A stretch of 64,000 bases of DNA. Source: an uncultured bacterium (GTDB lineage: Bacteria > Eisenbacteria > RBG-16-71-46 > CAIMUX01 > WJJG01). The notes under the pieces are model-generated. The model saw nothing but the letters and a program-made list of their open reading frames with translations, was not told where the DNA came from and did not search any database. The DNA lies in the NCBI GenBank assembly GCA_964585945.1, contig CAZPGB010000032.1, forward strand, positions 3,980 to 67,979, given 5' to 3'. Positions 27,373 through 36,807 of this stretch are shown piece by piece. The translations under genes and the position numbers were made by a program. The first letter of the stretch is position 1. The number at the start of each line of letters is the position of its first letter.

Positions 27373-27780
27373 GCGCCTTAGGGTGGCGATGTATTCAGGG
27401 CGTCAGATGCGATCCCATGCGATGAGCATACCGGTTCTCCGTTTCACACCTCTACAACCTGAGGCGATCCGCCGGCTACCTTCGCGATCGGCGACGGATC
27501 ACCCAGACCCATCTGACACCTGGCGTCATGTTCGAATCCCTGGATGACATCGCCCACTCGATCACCGGCAATGAGGCTGCCAGACGACTCAGCCAGGCCC
27601 GGAAGCGTCTCTTGCGGGCCGTGGCCGAACGGGAGCACAACATCTCCTCAGGGCTTCTTTCCCCAGTTGGAAGAGAAGATCCCTTCAGGCTCATTCCTGG
27701 ATTGGAGAAGACTATTGCCGTTTCAGTGAGGGATCCTTGTCATCGACCTGGCCTCCGGCGCTGATTCGATTCCTGATTCT

Positions 27781-29124
27781 TCACGCTGTCGGCTCCCTGC
27801 GCGTCAACGCCAGGCCGACAATGGCCCAGAAATAGACGATGACCGGCGGCAGTCCATACGGGTTGCTGGATAATGAAGCCGCCAGCAGGCCCCAGAATAC
27901 CGCCACGGCGGTGGCCACGACGGGATCGCGGTTGAATCGCGGAGTTCGCAGCCGGTTGGTCAGACGCCGCACCACAGTGATCAACAGGACCAGATGCCCA
28001 AGCAGTCCAACGATCCCGATCTCGACCAGCTGGTTGACCCAGAGCTGGTGGGCGGCATAGCCCTGCAGGTACTTCACATGCTCGATGAACGTCCCCGGTC
28101 CCGAACCGAAGATCGGACGCTGAACGAACACCTGCAAAGAATGGGCCCACAATCCGAAGCGCCAGAGCATGCTGTTGGTGCCGTAGGTGGATTCACCCAA
28201 AGTGGTGAACCGCCCTCTGAACGCCGGCACCAGAAGCATCAAGAGAGCAAAAAGGAGTGGGCCGCCGATGAGCAGCAGCTTGCGATGTCCCCGCAGCCAG
28301 AGCAGCACTGCAGCCGCGACGGCGAACGCCAGCCAGCCGCCGCGTGCGAAGGTGAAGAACAGGGCCAGGACCTGCAACCCAAGCAGTGGAGCCAGATTGC
28401 GCCTGCGGAAGGGCCTGCCGGCCAGCAGCAGACTGAGCGTCAAGGTCGCCACGACCGCCAGATAGAGTGAGAACGTGACCGGGTGAGACATGGTGGCCGC
28501 GATGCGGTCGACGGATTCCTCCGTGCTCACCGGCGCGCGCGAACCCAGCATCGCCGGCACATCGGCGATCAAACCGTAGAATCCGGCCAGGATGGGAAAC
28601 AGGGAGGAAAGGAGAATCGCTCCCAGCAGCAGGCGCCGCTCGCGGGGCGCCATGGCCAGAGAGCTGATGAAGACGAAAACGATCAGGTACTCCAGGTCGC
28701 GGACCCAGCGCTTGAAGCTCGTGAGCGGTGAGACGCTCAAGACGGTCGACACCAGCGACAACACGAGGAACAGGAGATAGGCGACGGCGATCGGATCCCG
28801 CAACAGCGGCCGCCCCTCCATGGCGCAGCGGACCACGAGCGCCCAGAGCAAGAGGGCGGAAACGAGAACATCGAGGGTGAGTCTGGCGGGACCCAGTTTG
28901 ACGAAGTCCAGATTCACGATCATCAGGAAGAAGAGCGCCAGCACGGGCACCGGATCGGTCAGCAGACGCCGGCCGACGACCAGCAGTGCCAGCAGAGCTG
29001 CCGCAGAGAAGAAGAAGACCGGCTGGTCCAGCGCCAGAGCCATACCGGCGCCGATCGCCGCACAGGCGAACGTCGCGATGGCGGTGGTCAAGGACCAGCC
29101 GCGGAGGTTATGTGCCGGCATCAT
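27781..29124 (-). CDS. Wzy_C-family O-antigen ligase/polymerase-like membrane protein (intact copy)
   Basis: 447 aa and polytopic, with an extracytoplasmic loop between FARGGWLAFAVAAAVLLW and AAHQLWVNQLVEIGIVGLLG that is typical of Wzy_C. The start is trimmed to the ATGATG at 29119-29124, which overlaps the stop of the upstream pseudo-GT frame. Confidence 0.85.
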   Translation of the reverse strand: MMPAHNLRGWSLTTAIATFACAAIGAGMALALDQPVFFFSAAALLALLVVGRRLLTDPVPVLALFFLMIVNLDFVKLGPARLTLDVLVSALLLWALVVRCAMEGRPLLRDPIAVAYLLFLVLSLVSTVLSVSPLTSFKRWVRDLEYLIVFVFISSLAMAPRERRLLLGAILLSSLFPILAGFYGLIADVPAMLGSRAPVSTEESVDRIAATMSHPVTFSLYLAVVATLTLSLLLAGRPFRRRNLAPLLGLQVLALFFTFARGGWLAFAVAAAVLLWLRGHRKLLLIGGPLLFALLMLLVPAFRGRFTTLGESTYGTNSMLWRFGLWAHSLQVFVQRPIFGSGPGTFIEHVKYLQGYAAHQLWVNQLVEIGIVGLLGHLVLLITVVRRLTNRLRTPRFNRDPVVATAVAVFWGLLAASLSSNPYGLPPVIVYFWAIVGLALTRREPTA

Positions 29125-29705
29125 CGCCGCAACTCCCAGAACAGCCTTGCCAGACCCGCGCCCACCTGCTGACTGCTCAGAGGATGGTCGGCCACAGACG
29201 GGGCGGGTCCCCCGGGATGTGCTCGCCACCAGTCCGCCAGCTCATTGACCGCGGGCAGCCCGGCACCCCAGGTATTCGTAACGGTTTCCGGGGATATGCA
29301 CAACATCCCAGGCGCGATTGATGACGATGCCAGCATGGGCGTTGCGCATCAGTTCAGCCGCCCGCTCTGGCAGCAGCAGACCGTGGACGGGGTGGCGCTC
29401 ACCGGAGCCGCCCAGAAAAGCCTCCCACGCCCCCTCCTAGCTCTTGCCGGCCACTTCGGGCAAGGCGTGCCGGAACCGGCCGGGGTCGGGATCGAACATG
29501 TTCGGGATGACCCGCAGCTTGGGCGCCAATTCCGGCCGGCGCGCCGCCAGCGACGACGCTGGTACCAGGCGATCGGACCGAGCCCGCGCATCCGCTCGCT
29601 CGTGCTCGTGGCTTCTTGGCCGGAAAAGTCCCTGGGCGGAGACGCGCGTCGCGACAGACGTAGCAGCACCCGACAGTCCTCCTCGGTCGGCACCCGACGG
29701 GCAAG
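29121..29705 (-). pseudogene. Decayed copy of the glycosyltransferase half of the Wzx-GT gene
   Basis: The minus-strand frames read PTEEDCRVLLRLSRR, ERMRGLGPIAWYQRR, KLRVIPNMFDP, EVAGKS*EGAWE (TAG at 29437-29439), HGLLLPERAAELMRNAHAGIVINRAWDVVHIPGNRYEY and ADHPLSSQQVGAGLARLFWELRR. They are colinear with 15585-16958 but carry large deletions, a nonsense codon and frame changes. Confidence 0.65.
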
Positions 29706-30381
29706 TATAGAAACAGGGGAAGCCACTGTCGTCCTGAAGGTTGCATGGGTCTCGCCGTGTTCGGCCACGGCCACCGGTAAGGCGGGCATTGGCTTGGCGT
29801 ACTGCTCCCCGTCACGCCATGTTCTGATCTGCGTGCGGTTCGCGATGTTGGCGGTGGAGCAGAGGCGCGGATTCCTGGTCGCGACACGCGCTCTTCTCCG
29901 GGCCGCCGCATGAGCCCCTGCTCCGCCTCTGCTGATCCCGCTTCGCTCGGCGCGCACCGTCGAGTGATGCACGTGCATTTGCGCCGCGATCGTCCCCCCA
30001 CGCCAGATAGGCCAAGCAAGCAAATGTCACCGCTCCGGCAAAATACCCCTGCCGGCCGTCGCCTCCCTCCCTCTCTCGATGGTCAGCAGCCCATTCCGCC
30101 GGCCTCGCTCGAGCCAGTCGTACCTTCGGTTGCTTGCTCGGCGGAGGGGGTAAGCGATGCGTCACCTTTCTGGCCTGGCGCTCGCGGCAGCGTAGCTGGC
30201 GGGCGGCATGGTCAAATTCGCCGCGGAAGTTCCGTTGGTACGGCCGGCTGGCTCTCCGGCGTCGCTGCGTAACGCTGCTCCCGAGCGCAGTCCTCGCCGC
30301 AGTCAATGTTCCCGTGATTGCACGATCGGCAGATGGCCACCAGGCAGTGACATCGTGCGCAGTCGGTGACAGCGATGGCCC

Positions 30382-31377
30382 ATGAAGGCTTGGGAAATGA
30401 CGGTCTCCGGTCCATCGCCTTTCCGGCGGCAGGACCTTTCTAATAGACCGAGCAGAAAACGCCAGAAGAAGATACGGAGATCAAACCCGAGCCAAGGGCA
30501 CAACTCCCTCAGACCCAAGAGCACCGGCGAGAGCCGGCGGCGAAGAGCGTTTCCCGCCAAGAATGCGCGCGTTCAGGGTTCCACCGACACGCAGATTGCC
30601 GTTGACGCAGGGGGAAAGAAACTGTACATCGTGCAGCCGAATGGACATGCATTCCAGTTAGGGCGCAGGACGCGGCCGAACCGGGGGCGCGCATTCTTGA
30701 CCACATCTGAATATGTTCAGAGCGTCGTGGATAAGTATCTGGTCGGCTCGCCGGACCGACCGCTCAAGGTGCTTAACTGCGGCTGCGGCTATGTCCGGCC
30801 CATCCCGCTCGGCGGCAAGGTTGAGTGGTTCGGGCTCGACATTTCGGCGGAGCAGTTGGCGCGCAATCAATATCTGGATCACAAGCTGCTCGGGGACATC
30901 CAGACCTTTGCCGACTTTGCCGAGGAGTTCGACCTGGTGATCTCCATCGACGTACTCGAGCATCTGGACCGGCCCCGGGATGCTGTTGCCAACATGGTCC
31001 GGGCCGCGACGGCGGGCGGCCTGCTAATTCTCAAGCTCCCCAATGTGCTATCGGTCAAAGGCATGATCACCAAGCTCACGCCGCTGCGGTTTCACGAGTT
31101 CGTTTATCGCCACGTTTACCGCATGCGGCCCGACCAGCGCCCGTTCCGCACCTATCACCGCCTATCCAATCGGTCCGGCGCCCTGCGGAAACAGCTCCAG
31201 ACACTGGGCTGCGAACTGCTTGAAGTTCGCCTGTTTACCGTTCGCTCCGATAGGTGGGCGCACCGGCTGAACTACTGGATCAGCCGGATGACCCACTGGC
31301 TGACGCTAGGCCGCCTGGGACACTCCGAGCTGATCATCGCCGCACGCAAGAATGGGCCGGCTGCAGCCCAGAGCTGA
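30382..31377 (+). CDS. Class I SAM-dependent methyltransferase
   Basis: Motif I LKVLNCGCGYV, FDLVISIDVLEHL, GGLLILKLPN. The first ~80 codons are Arg/Lys-rich and probably untranslated. A candidate start is the GTG at 30631. Confidence 0.7.
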   Translation: MKAWEMTVSGPSPFRRQDLSNRPSRKRQKKIRRSNPSQGHNSLRPKSTGESRRRRAFPAKNARVQGSTDTQIAVDAGGKKLYIVQPNGHAFQLGRRTRPNRGRAFLTTSEYVQSVVDKYLVGSPDRPLKVLNCGCGYVRPIPLGGKVEWFGLDISAEQLARNQYLDHKLLGDIQTFADFAEEFDLVISIDVLEHLDRPRDAVANMVRAATAGGLLILKLPNVLSVKGMITKLTPLRFHEFVYRHVYRMRPDQRPFRTYHRLSNRSGALRKQLQTLGCELLEVRLFTVRSDRWAHRLNYWISRMTHWLTLGRLGHSELIIAARKNGPAAAQS

Positions 31378-32149
31378 GCGCACGACCTGCCTGCGATTCA
31401 GGCGATTACGCCTTGCCCTGCCGCAGCGCTTGCGGCCTGTCGAGAGGGCAGCATCGACGGGTCCCAACACACAATGAGCTTCCGCACAGCAGATTGTCCG
31501 GGAGATGGTTCAGGCGCAACGACAACACATTGCTGAGGGCGAGCTGATGCATGCACCTGGCCCTCATCCGGCAGACTTTGGAGCGAGTGCGTGATCGAAA
31601 GGCATTGAAAACCGGTTCTGCTTGTTTCTTCGGATGTACAACCCGACTGATACACAAGTCTGCAGAGCCCATCCTGTGCGTCCCGAAGACCTCATCCGTG
31701 GTCCCGAGCTACCGTCCGATGTCTTGCTGCCGCCGCGGAATCGGATCTGGGGGAGTCGGCTGCGATCGGAATCCCGACGTGGCAAGGGTGCCGCGAGTGG
31801 TGAGACCGCTCCGCGCGCGACGCGGGTATACCGGTGCGCCGGACGCGAGGCGTTCAATCAGGCATTGCCTCTGGCTGCGACGTGCGCGTAGTGACGGCGC
31901 AAGCCGCTGAGGTGCGCGATTTCGACGACGCGGCCCTGGCCCCCGGGGTCGGCCCTCCGAATGTACGGTCCGTCGTCGGAGACCGCGTGGACGCCGCTAC
32001 CGAAGATCTTCACTGCAATCCTCCGGTGAGCTCGCATTGATTGGGCGTCCATGTCATGGGGGATGCCGCTGAATTCTCAGGACCTCTCATTGGTGGTGAG
32101 GTCGCGGGGGCAATGACTCGGGTTGCAGATCCGGCGGCAATCGGCCGGC

Positions 32150-32562
32150 TCACTCCCTTACAGCTTCCGGAAGTCGATCAAGCACTGCTTCATACACAGC
32201 GCGAGCCATTTCGAGGGCTTGCGTGCCCTCATGGAGCTGTGGCGTCTCCGGCTCACTCGGATAGCGGAAGACCCAGGCAAACTGGGTCAGGTCTGCCGCC
32301 TGTAGAACCAGTTGCCCAGGGATGCATCCAACGTTTCACCGGCCTGCCCCAGTTCACGGAGATTGTGCGGCTCGCGAAACGGCACGTCATGCCATACGAG
32401 GAACGCCTTCCATGATTTCTCAACCGCCTGCTGGTAATGGAAGAGGACGCTGCGGGGCTGCGGGCGCTCGGCGGCGAGGAGGATCGCTGCGGCTTAGAGA
32501 TCAGCCTTCACGCGGTCGAGCCATGCCCGACACTCGGCCACTCTCGCGGGGTAATGCGGCAT
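32150..32562 (-). pseudogene. HEPN-domain toxin gene remnant (nonsense plus frameshift)
   Basis: My translation reads MPHYPARVAECRAWLDRVKADL*AAAILLAAERPQPRSVLFHYQQAVEKSWKAFLVWHDVPFREPHNLRELGQAG. After a frame change it continues LTQFAWVFRYPSEPETPQLHEGTQALEMARAVYEAVLDRL. The layout is classic HEPN but interrupted. Confidence 0.55.
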
Positions 32563-32868
32563 GCCGCAGTCTCCCTTCACGAACCACCGTGGCCGGAAAA
32601 GACCCTTTGAGATGCAGCCGCTCGTGGAAGGAAGCGTCGTCCCACACAACGACGTCCACTGCGGCAGGAATGCCGCGCAATGCGCGAAAGCCCTTTTGCG
32701 AGAGTCGATATCGGGGTTCGGTCGGATGATCGACGAGCACGAGCAGATCGTAGTCGCTATCCGGCCTTGCATCCCCCGTTGCGCGGGATCCAAAGAGATA
32801 GATGCGGGTGGGGTTCGATGTGGCTGCCAGCCGGCTCGTGCGGAACTCGATCGTGCATGCCTGTTGAA
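32501..32868 (-). pseudogene. Minimal nucleotidyltransferase (MNT) antitoxin gene remnant
   Basis: The frame reads ...RIYLFGSRATGDARPDSDYDLLVLVDHPTEPRYRLSQKGFRALRGIPAAVDVVVWD (GS...D.D NTase core). However, it opens right after a TAG (32869-32871) with no start codon before the catalytic motif, and further stops lie upstream. Confidence 0.55.
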
Positions 32869-33350
32869 ACTATGCCGATCCGGATAGTGGCCGTCAAGAA
32901 GCAGGGGATCAAGCCGGTCGGCCCCTTTCGCCATGAACGGCCCCGGTCTGGCTATGCACCTCGGGTATGGCGCAGCGCAGCAGCTCACCCCAGGAGGCAT
33001 CCCCGGCCGGATCAGGGGCCGCGGTTCACGCTTCCCCGCGGCCCGCGCACACCTACGAGCGCCACCCGGGGGCGGCCAAGGTGGTGCTGGAGCCGGGCTG
33101 GTCGGACGCCTTCGTCGTGCTCGACGTGCAGACCATGGTGTTCCCACACGCCGAGGGTTGAGCTTGAGGGTGGCTTCGGTCCAGCCACCTTCTGCCCACC
33201 ACATCGCTCCAGAAGGAGCCGCGCCCTGGTGCGACGTGTGCGTATCTGTCTTCAATAACCGAGGTTGCGGTTCATCGCTCCATGCTTCTCAATCACTGAG
33301 TATTCTGTTGACTCCCGGTGGGAGGCGCGATTGGCCTGCCCCCGTGAACG

Positions 33351-34530
33351 GTGCCGATCGACAGGGCGCTCGTGGGTGAGCTGGAGAAACGACTTCGCGG
33401 ACACCAGCTCATCCAGATCATCGCCGGACCGCGGCAGGTCGGGAAGACCACGGCGGCCCGCACCGTAGAGACGCGCTGGTCGGGACCCACCCACTACGCC
33501 GCGGCCGATGTCAGTCCCCCCCGGACCGGAGTGGATCGAGACCCAGTGGCAGATCGCCCGCCGGGCGAGCGCCTCAGGCAACGTGCTGTTGATCCTCGAT
33601 GAGGTCCAGAAGGTCACCGGCTGGAACGAGGTGGTCAAGGCCCACTGGGATGAGGACCGCGCCAAGCGGCGGCGCATTCGTGTCGTCCTGGTGGGTTCCT
33701 CCGCGATGCTCCTGACGCGTGGCGCCACGGAGAGCCTGCCCGGGCGTTTTTTCCTGAATCGATGCCCCCACAGGTCTTTTGCTGAGTGCCGCGCGGCCTT
33801 CGGGTGGGACTTGGAGCAATGGCTGTACTTCGGCGGCTATCCAGGTGCCGCCCCGTTCGTGAACGATCCCGACACGCGGCGCGCCTACATCTTGGACTCC
33901 CTGACTGAGACCGTGATCTCCAGGGACGTGCTCCAGGCCGAGCGGATTGCCAAGCCGGCGCTGCTGCGCAATCTCTTCGGCCTCGCGACTCGCTTTCCGG
34001 CACAGATCCTGTCGTACAACAAGATGCTGGGGCAGCTTCAGGATGCAGGCAACACGACCACCCTCGCTCACTACCTGCGGCTTCTGGAAACGGCCTTCCT
34101 GATCTCCGGGCTTGAACAGTTCTCTGCCGGGGGCGCCCGCCGCCGGGGGGCCAGTCCAAAGCTGGTGCTGTGGAACAACGCCCTGATCAGCGCGCCCAGC
34201 CTTCGCACGCTCGAGGAGGCACGGCGCGACGCGGACCTGTGGGGGCGCTGGGTCGAGAATGCCGTCGGTGCGCATCTGCTCAATCACCTCCAGGGCCTGG
34301 CCTACGAGGTGTTCTACTGGCGGCACCGCAAAGACGAGCTGGACTTCGTCGTGCGAGCGGGGGAGCGAGTCTGGGCCCTTGAGGTCAAGAGCAGCCGCCC
34401 CCGCCGCGCACCCGAGCTGGCGGCGTTTCGGAAGGAGCACCCCGAATCACGGAGCCTCATCATCGGCAGCCGAGGGGTTCCGCTGGAGGAGTTCTTCGCC
34501 GCGGATCCGCGGGCGTGGTTTGGGGGGTAG
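33351..34530 (+). pseudogene. AAA+ ATPase (AAA_14 + DUF4143 type) interrupted by a +1 frameshift in a C7 run
   Basis: The P-loop segment IIAGPRQVGKTTAA is in frame 0 (33351-33520). Walker B LLILDEVQK and the DUF4143-like body (YFGGYPGAAPF..., ELDFVV...ALEVKSS) are in frame +1 from 33508. The frames switch at CCCCCCC 33516-33522, and removing one C restores ...VSPPGPEWIETQW. Confidence 0.7.
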
Positions 34531-35189
34531 TCGACAGTGGCGTGACAGGCCGAGAGAGGCCTCGGTCTCCACGATCAGGATGCTCGGATCAAGGCGTACG
34601 GTCATGGAGACGCTCATTGACGCTGGCGAGCCGATGGGGCCCGCCCGTCCATGGGTCTCCCGATGGGCAGGGCGGGAGGTCTGTCCGCTGACAACGGTCG
34701 GGGGGCGCCGCACACTTGGGTAGCGTGGATCGCTCGGAATCCGTGCGAGGGGGCCGGTGCGGCGCACGACGAGGCCCGTGAACCGTATGACCGGGATCAT
34801 CTGATCGGGGGCTGCGGGGGCATTTCGCAGTTAAAGTTTCCGTCTATGGAGGAGAATGTCAAGGCAGCTCTTTCCCTGCCACTGGATGTCCTTGGTCTTG
34901 CATCCGGCGTCCGCCTCCGCCGAGCACTCTGGTGGGTTCACCCTGCATAAGCGTACACGCGCGACCTGGATCGAGAGGTTGCTTCCGCCACGCGCGGATC
35001 CGTCATGACTTGTGATCCGTTCATCCCTGGCTCCCCGGTCGACATCACAGCCGTGCAGTGCTCCACGTTCATGTTGGAACCATCCTTCCTTTGGGGATTC
35101 TTGCGCCCATCGCTTTGTACGGCTCTCCGGGGGGCACAGCCTATCCTCGGGAACTCCCGGTAAATCGTCCGGGACCAGAAACTCGATGG

Positions 35190-35734
35190 ATGCTGTCGCG
35201 CGATCGTCAGTCTGGCCAGGTTCGGCTTCGTACCCCCATCCAGCAATCGCTGGTCGTGACGGTACAATGGTTCCTCCTCCCGCGCGCGTTGGATCACCGT
35301 GGTGGCTGCACCCTCGAAGATCCGCTTCAGCGCGCGGTTGGAATAGCTCCTTCATTGACCGCTTCGGCAGCTCCCGCAGGAGCGCAAACTCCCCGAGTTC
35401 CTTGTAGACCCGTGTCTGGATCACCCCGGTCCGCAGGCTCTCGGCCAGACCAAAGGCGTCCCGCTGATCGTCGTTCGGCCCACGGCTCGCCCGGCCCCGA
35501 ACACCTGTCACCACGATCTGCTGGAGATGGGGTGCCAGCACTTCGTAGAGCCGGCCGGCATGGGTGCCCTCTTCCAGACACAGGTGCTGCGGCTCGGGAA
35601 TCGTCTTGAGACAACCCACCAGAACTCCGGCGTTTGTCTCGAGCACCTGGGAGTGCAGTCGCTTACCGCTCGGCCCGACCACTGCAATCGTGCAGCTTGA
35701 CGCATGGGCGCTTGAGCCTGATCTGCAGGTCCAT
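35190..35734 (-). mobile_element. IS110-family transposase remnant (frameshifted, central domain deleted)
   Basis: GGAGG plus ATG at 35732-35734. The N-terminal DEDD-like part reads CTIAVVGPSGKRLHSQVLETNAGVLVGCLKTIPEPQHLCLEEGTHAGRLYEVLAPHLQQIVV...NDDQRDAFGLAESLRTGVIQTRVYKE. It jumps directly, in another frame, to the C-terminal tail LKRIFEGAATTVIQRAREEEPLYRHDQRLLDGGTKPNLARLTIARQ. Confidence 0.55.
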
Positions 35735-36099
35735 ATGCGTCCTCCGTTGACGCACAGGGTGGAGCTGCGAATGCAGTCACCGGAACCCTGCTCTCACACT
35801 GCGGAGCACGCCAGTTCTTCAAGGGGTGCCGATGAGGGAACCAGGTCTTGCCTGACCTCGCGGACACCATGCCCCCATGATGCCAATGCGCCACATCATG
35901 AAGTGCGCGGATCCCGATGTGCCTGCCGCCGATGTGGCCGGTTGACACGCTCCTCGCGGTCCACGAAATCCGTAAGTCCCTGCCGGCTCAGCCTGATCAC
36001 GACATGTCGAACCTGGCCTAGATACGTAATGTATGAGCGCATGAAGGCGAGGGCCGTGCCCCGCGAGCGCGCGCGGCACGGCCCCCTGGCGTCCAGTGT

Positions 36100-36807
36100 C
36101 TAACGGAAGAGCGACTTGACTGCCCCCCACGTTGACGACTCGGTGGGCGTCGCACACTCGATGATGTCGATCGTGGTGCTGAACATCACGCCACTGACGG
36201 CGAACCCGAGGTCACGGTTGTAGACCTGCAGGCTGTTCGTGCCGCAGTGCAGAAGGTCGGTGACATCCAGCCCCGACATGACCGTCTCCGTGGCGTAGTT
36301 GCCGCCGAAGATGCTCGGGCTGAGGGCCGTACCGTTCAGATAAACGCCATCGGGGTTCGGCCCCGAACCGGCCAGGTCGCCCAGGACGTCGTCGGTGACC
36401 CAGCAGAAGCTGAGCGTCGCCCGCTCGATGCAGCAGGTCTCGACATCGAAGTTGTAGCAGTAGAGCGCCGAGGACGGCGTGGCCACGGCGTCGATGCCGA
36501 TCCACTTGGCCTCCGGGTCGCACGGCAGCTGCGAGGCCCAGGCCGGATGCGGCTGGCAGACAACCGCGCTTGGCCCCGAGCATGCCATATCGAACTCGGT
36601 GGGCGTGAAGGGCTGCGCCGCGAGCGGCGTGGCGCCGCTACCAACGAGCATGGTGATGAACGGATCGGTGTTTCCCACGGGAGCGTTTCCGCTGCGCAGG
36701 ACGATGGTCTCGGCCCAGGCGTTCGATGCGCTGATCATGACGGCGAACACGACGAAAACGAGAGCGATCTGCGACAGGCTTGAGATCACACGGTTTCTCG
36801 AGTACAT
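36100..36807 (-). CDS. Secreted Cys-rich hypothetical protein
   Basis: Signal peptide MYSRNRVISSLSQIALVFVVFAVMISASNAWA. The mature part has eleven Cys and the C-terminus is ...ECATPTESSTWGAVKSLFR. No family recognised. Confidence 0.6.
   Translation of the reverse strand: MYSRNRVISSLSQIALVFVVFAVMISASNAWAETIVLRSGNAPVGNTDPFITMLVGSGATPLAAQPFTPTEFDMACSGPSAVVCQPHPAWASQLPCDPEAKWIGIDAVATPSSALYCYNFDVETCCIERATLSFCWVTDDVLGDLAGSGPNPDGVYLNGTALSPSIFGGNYATETVMSGLDVTDLLHCGTNSLQVYNRDLGFAVSGVMFSTTIDIIECATPTESSTWGAVKSLFR

Noticed and set aside
27373-27780. Possible AsnB-like or antitoxin remnant downstream of the intact Wzy_C gene
   Set aside because: By analogy with copy 1, I looked for AsnB similarity and found none. 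Short frames such as MFESLDDIAHSITGNEAARRLSQARKRLL are not assignable.
30382-30630. Basic 83-aa N-terminal extension of the SAM methyltransferase
   Set aside because: It is Arg/Lys/Ser-rich, overlaps the divergent Cys-rich remnant, and lies far longer before motif I than is usual. It is probably untranslated, though I could not identify a convincing alternative start. GTG 30631 is only a candidate.
32494-33255. 253-aa minus-strand ORF
   Set aside because: It is a chimera running through the wrong frames of the decayed MNT and HEPN genes. The recognisable motifs lie in other frames.
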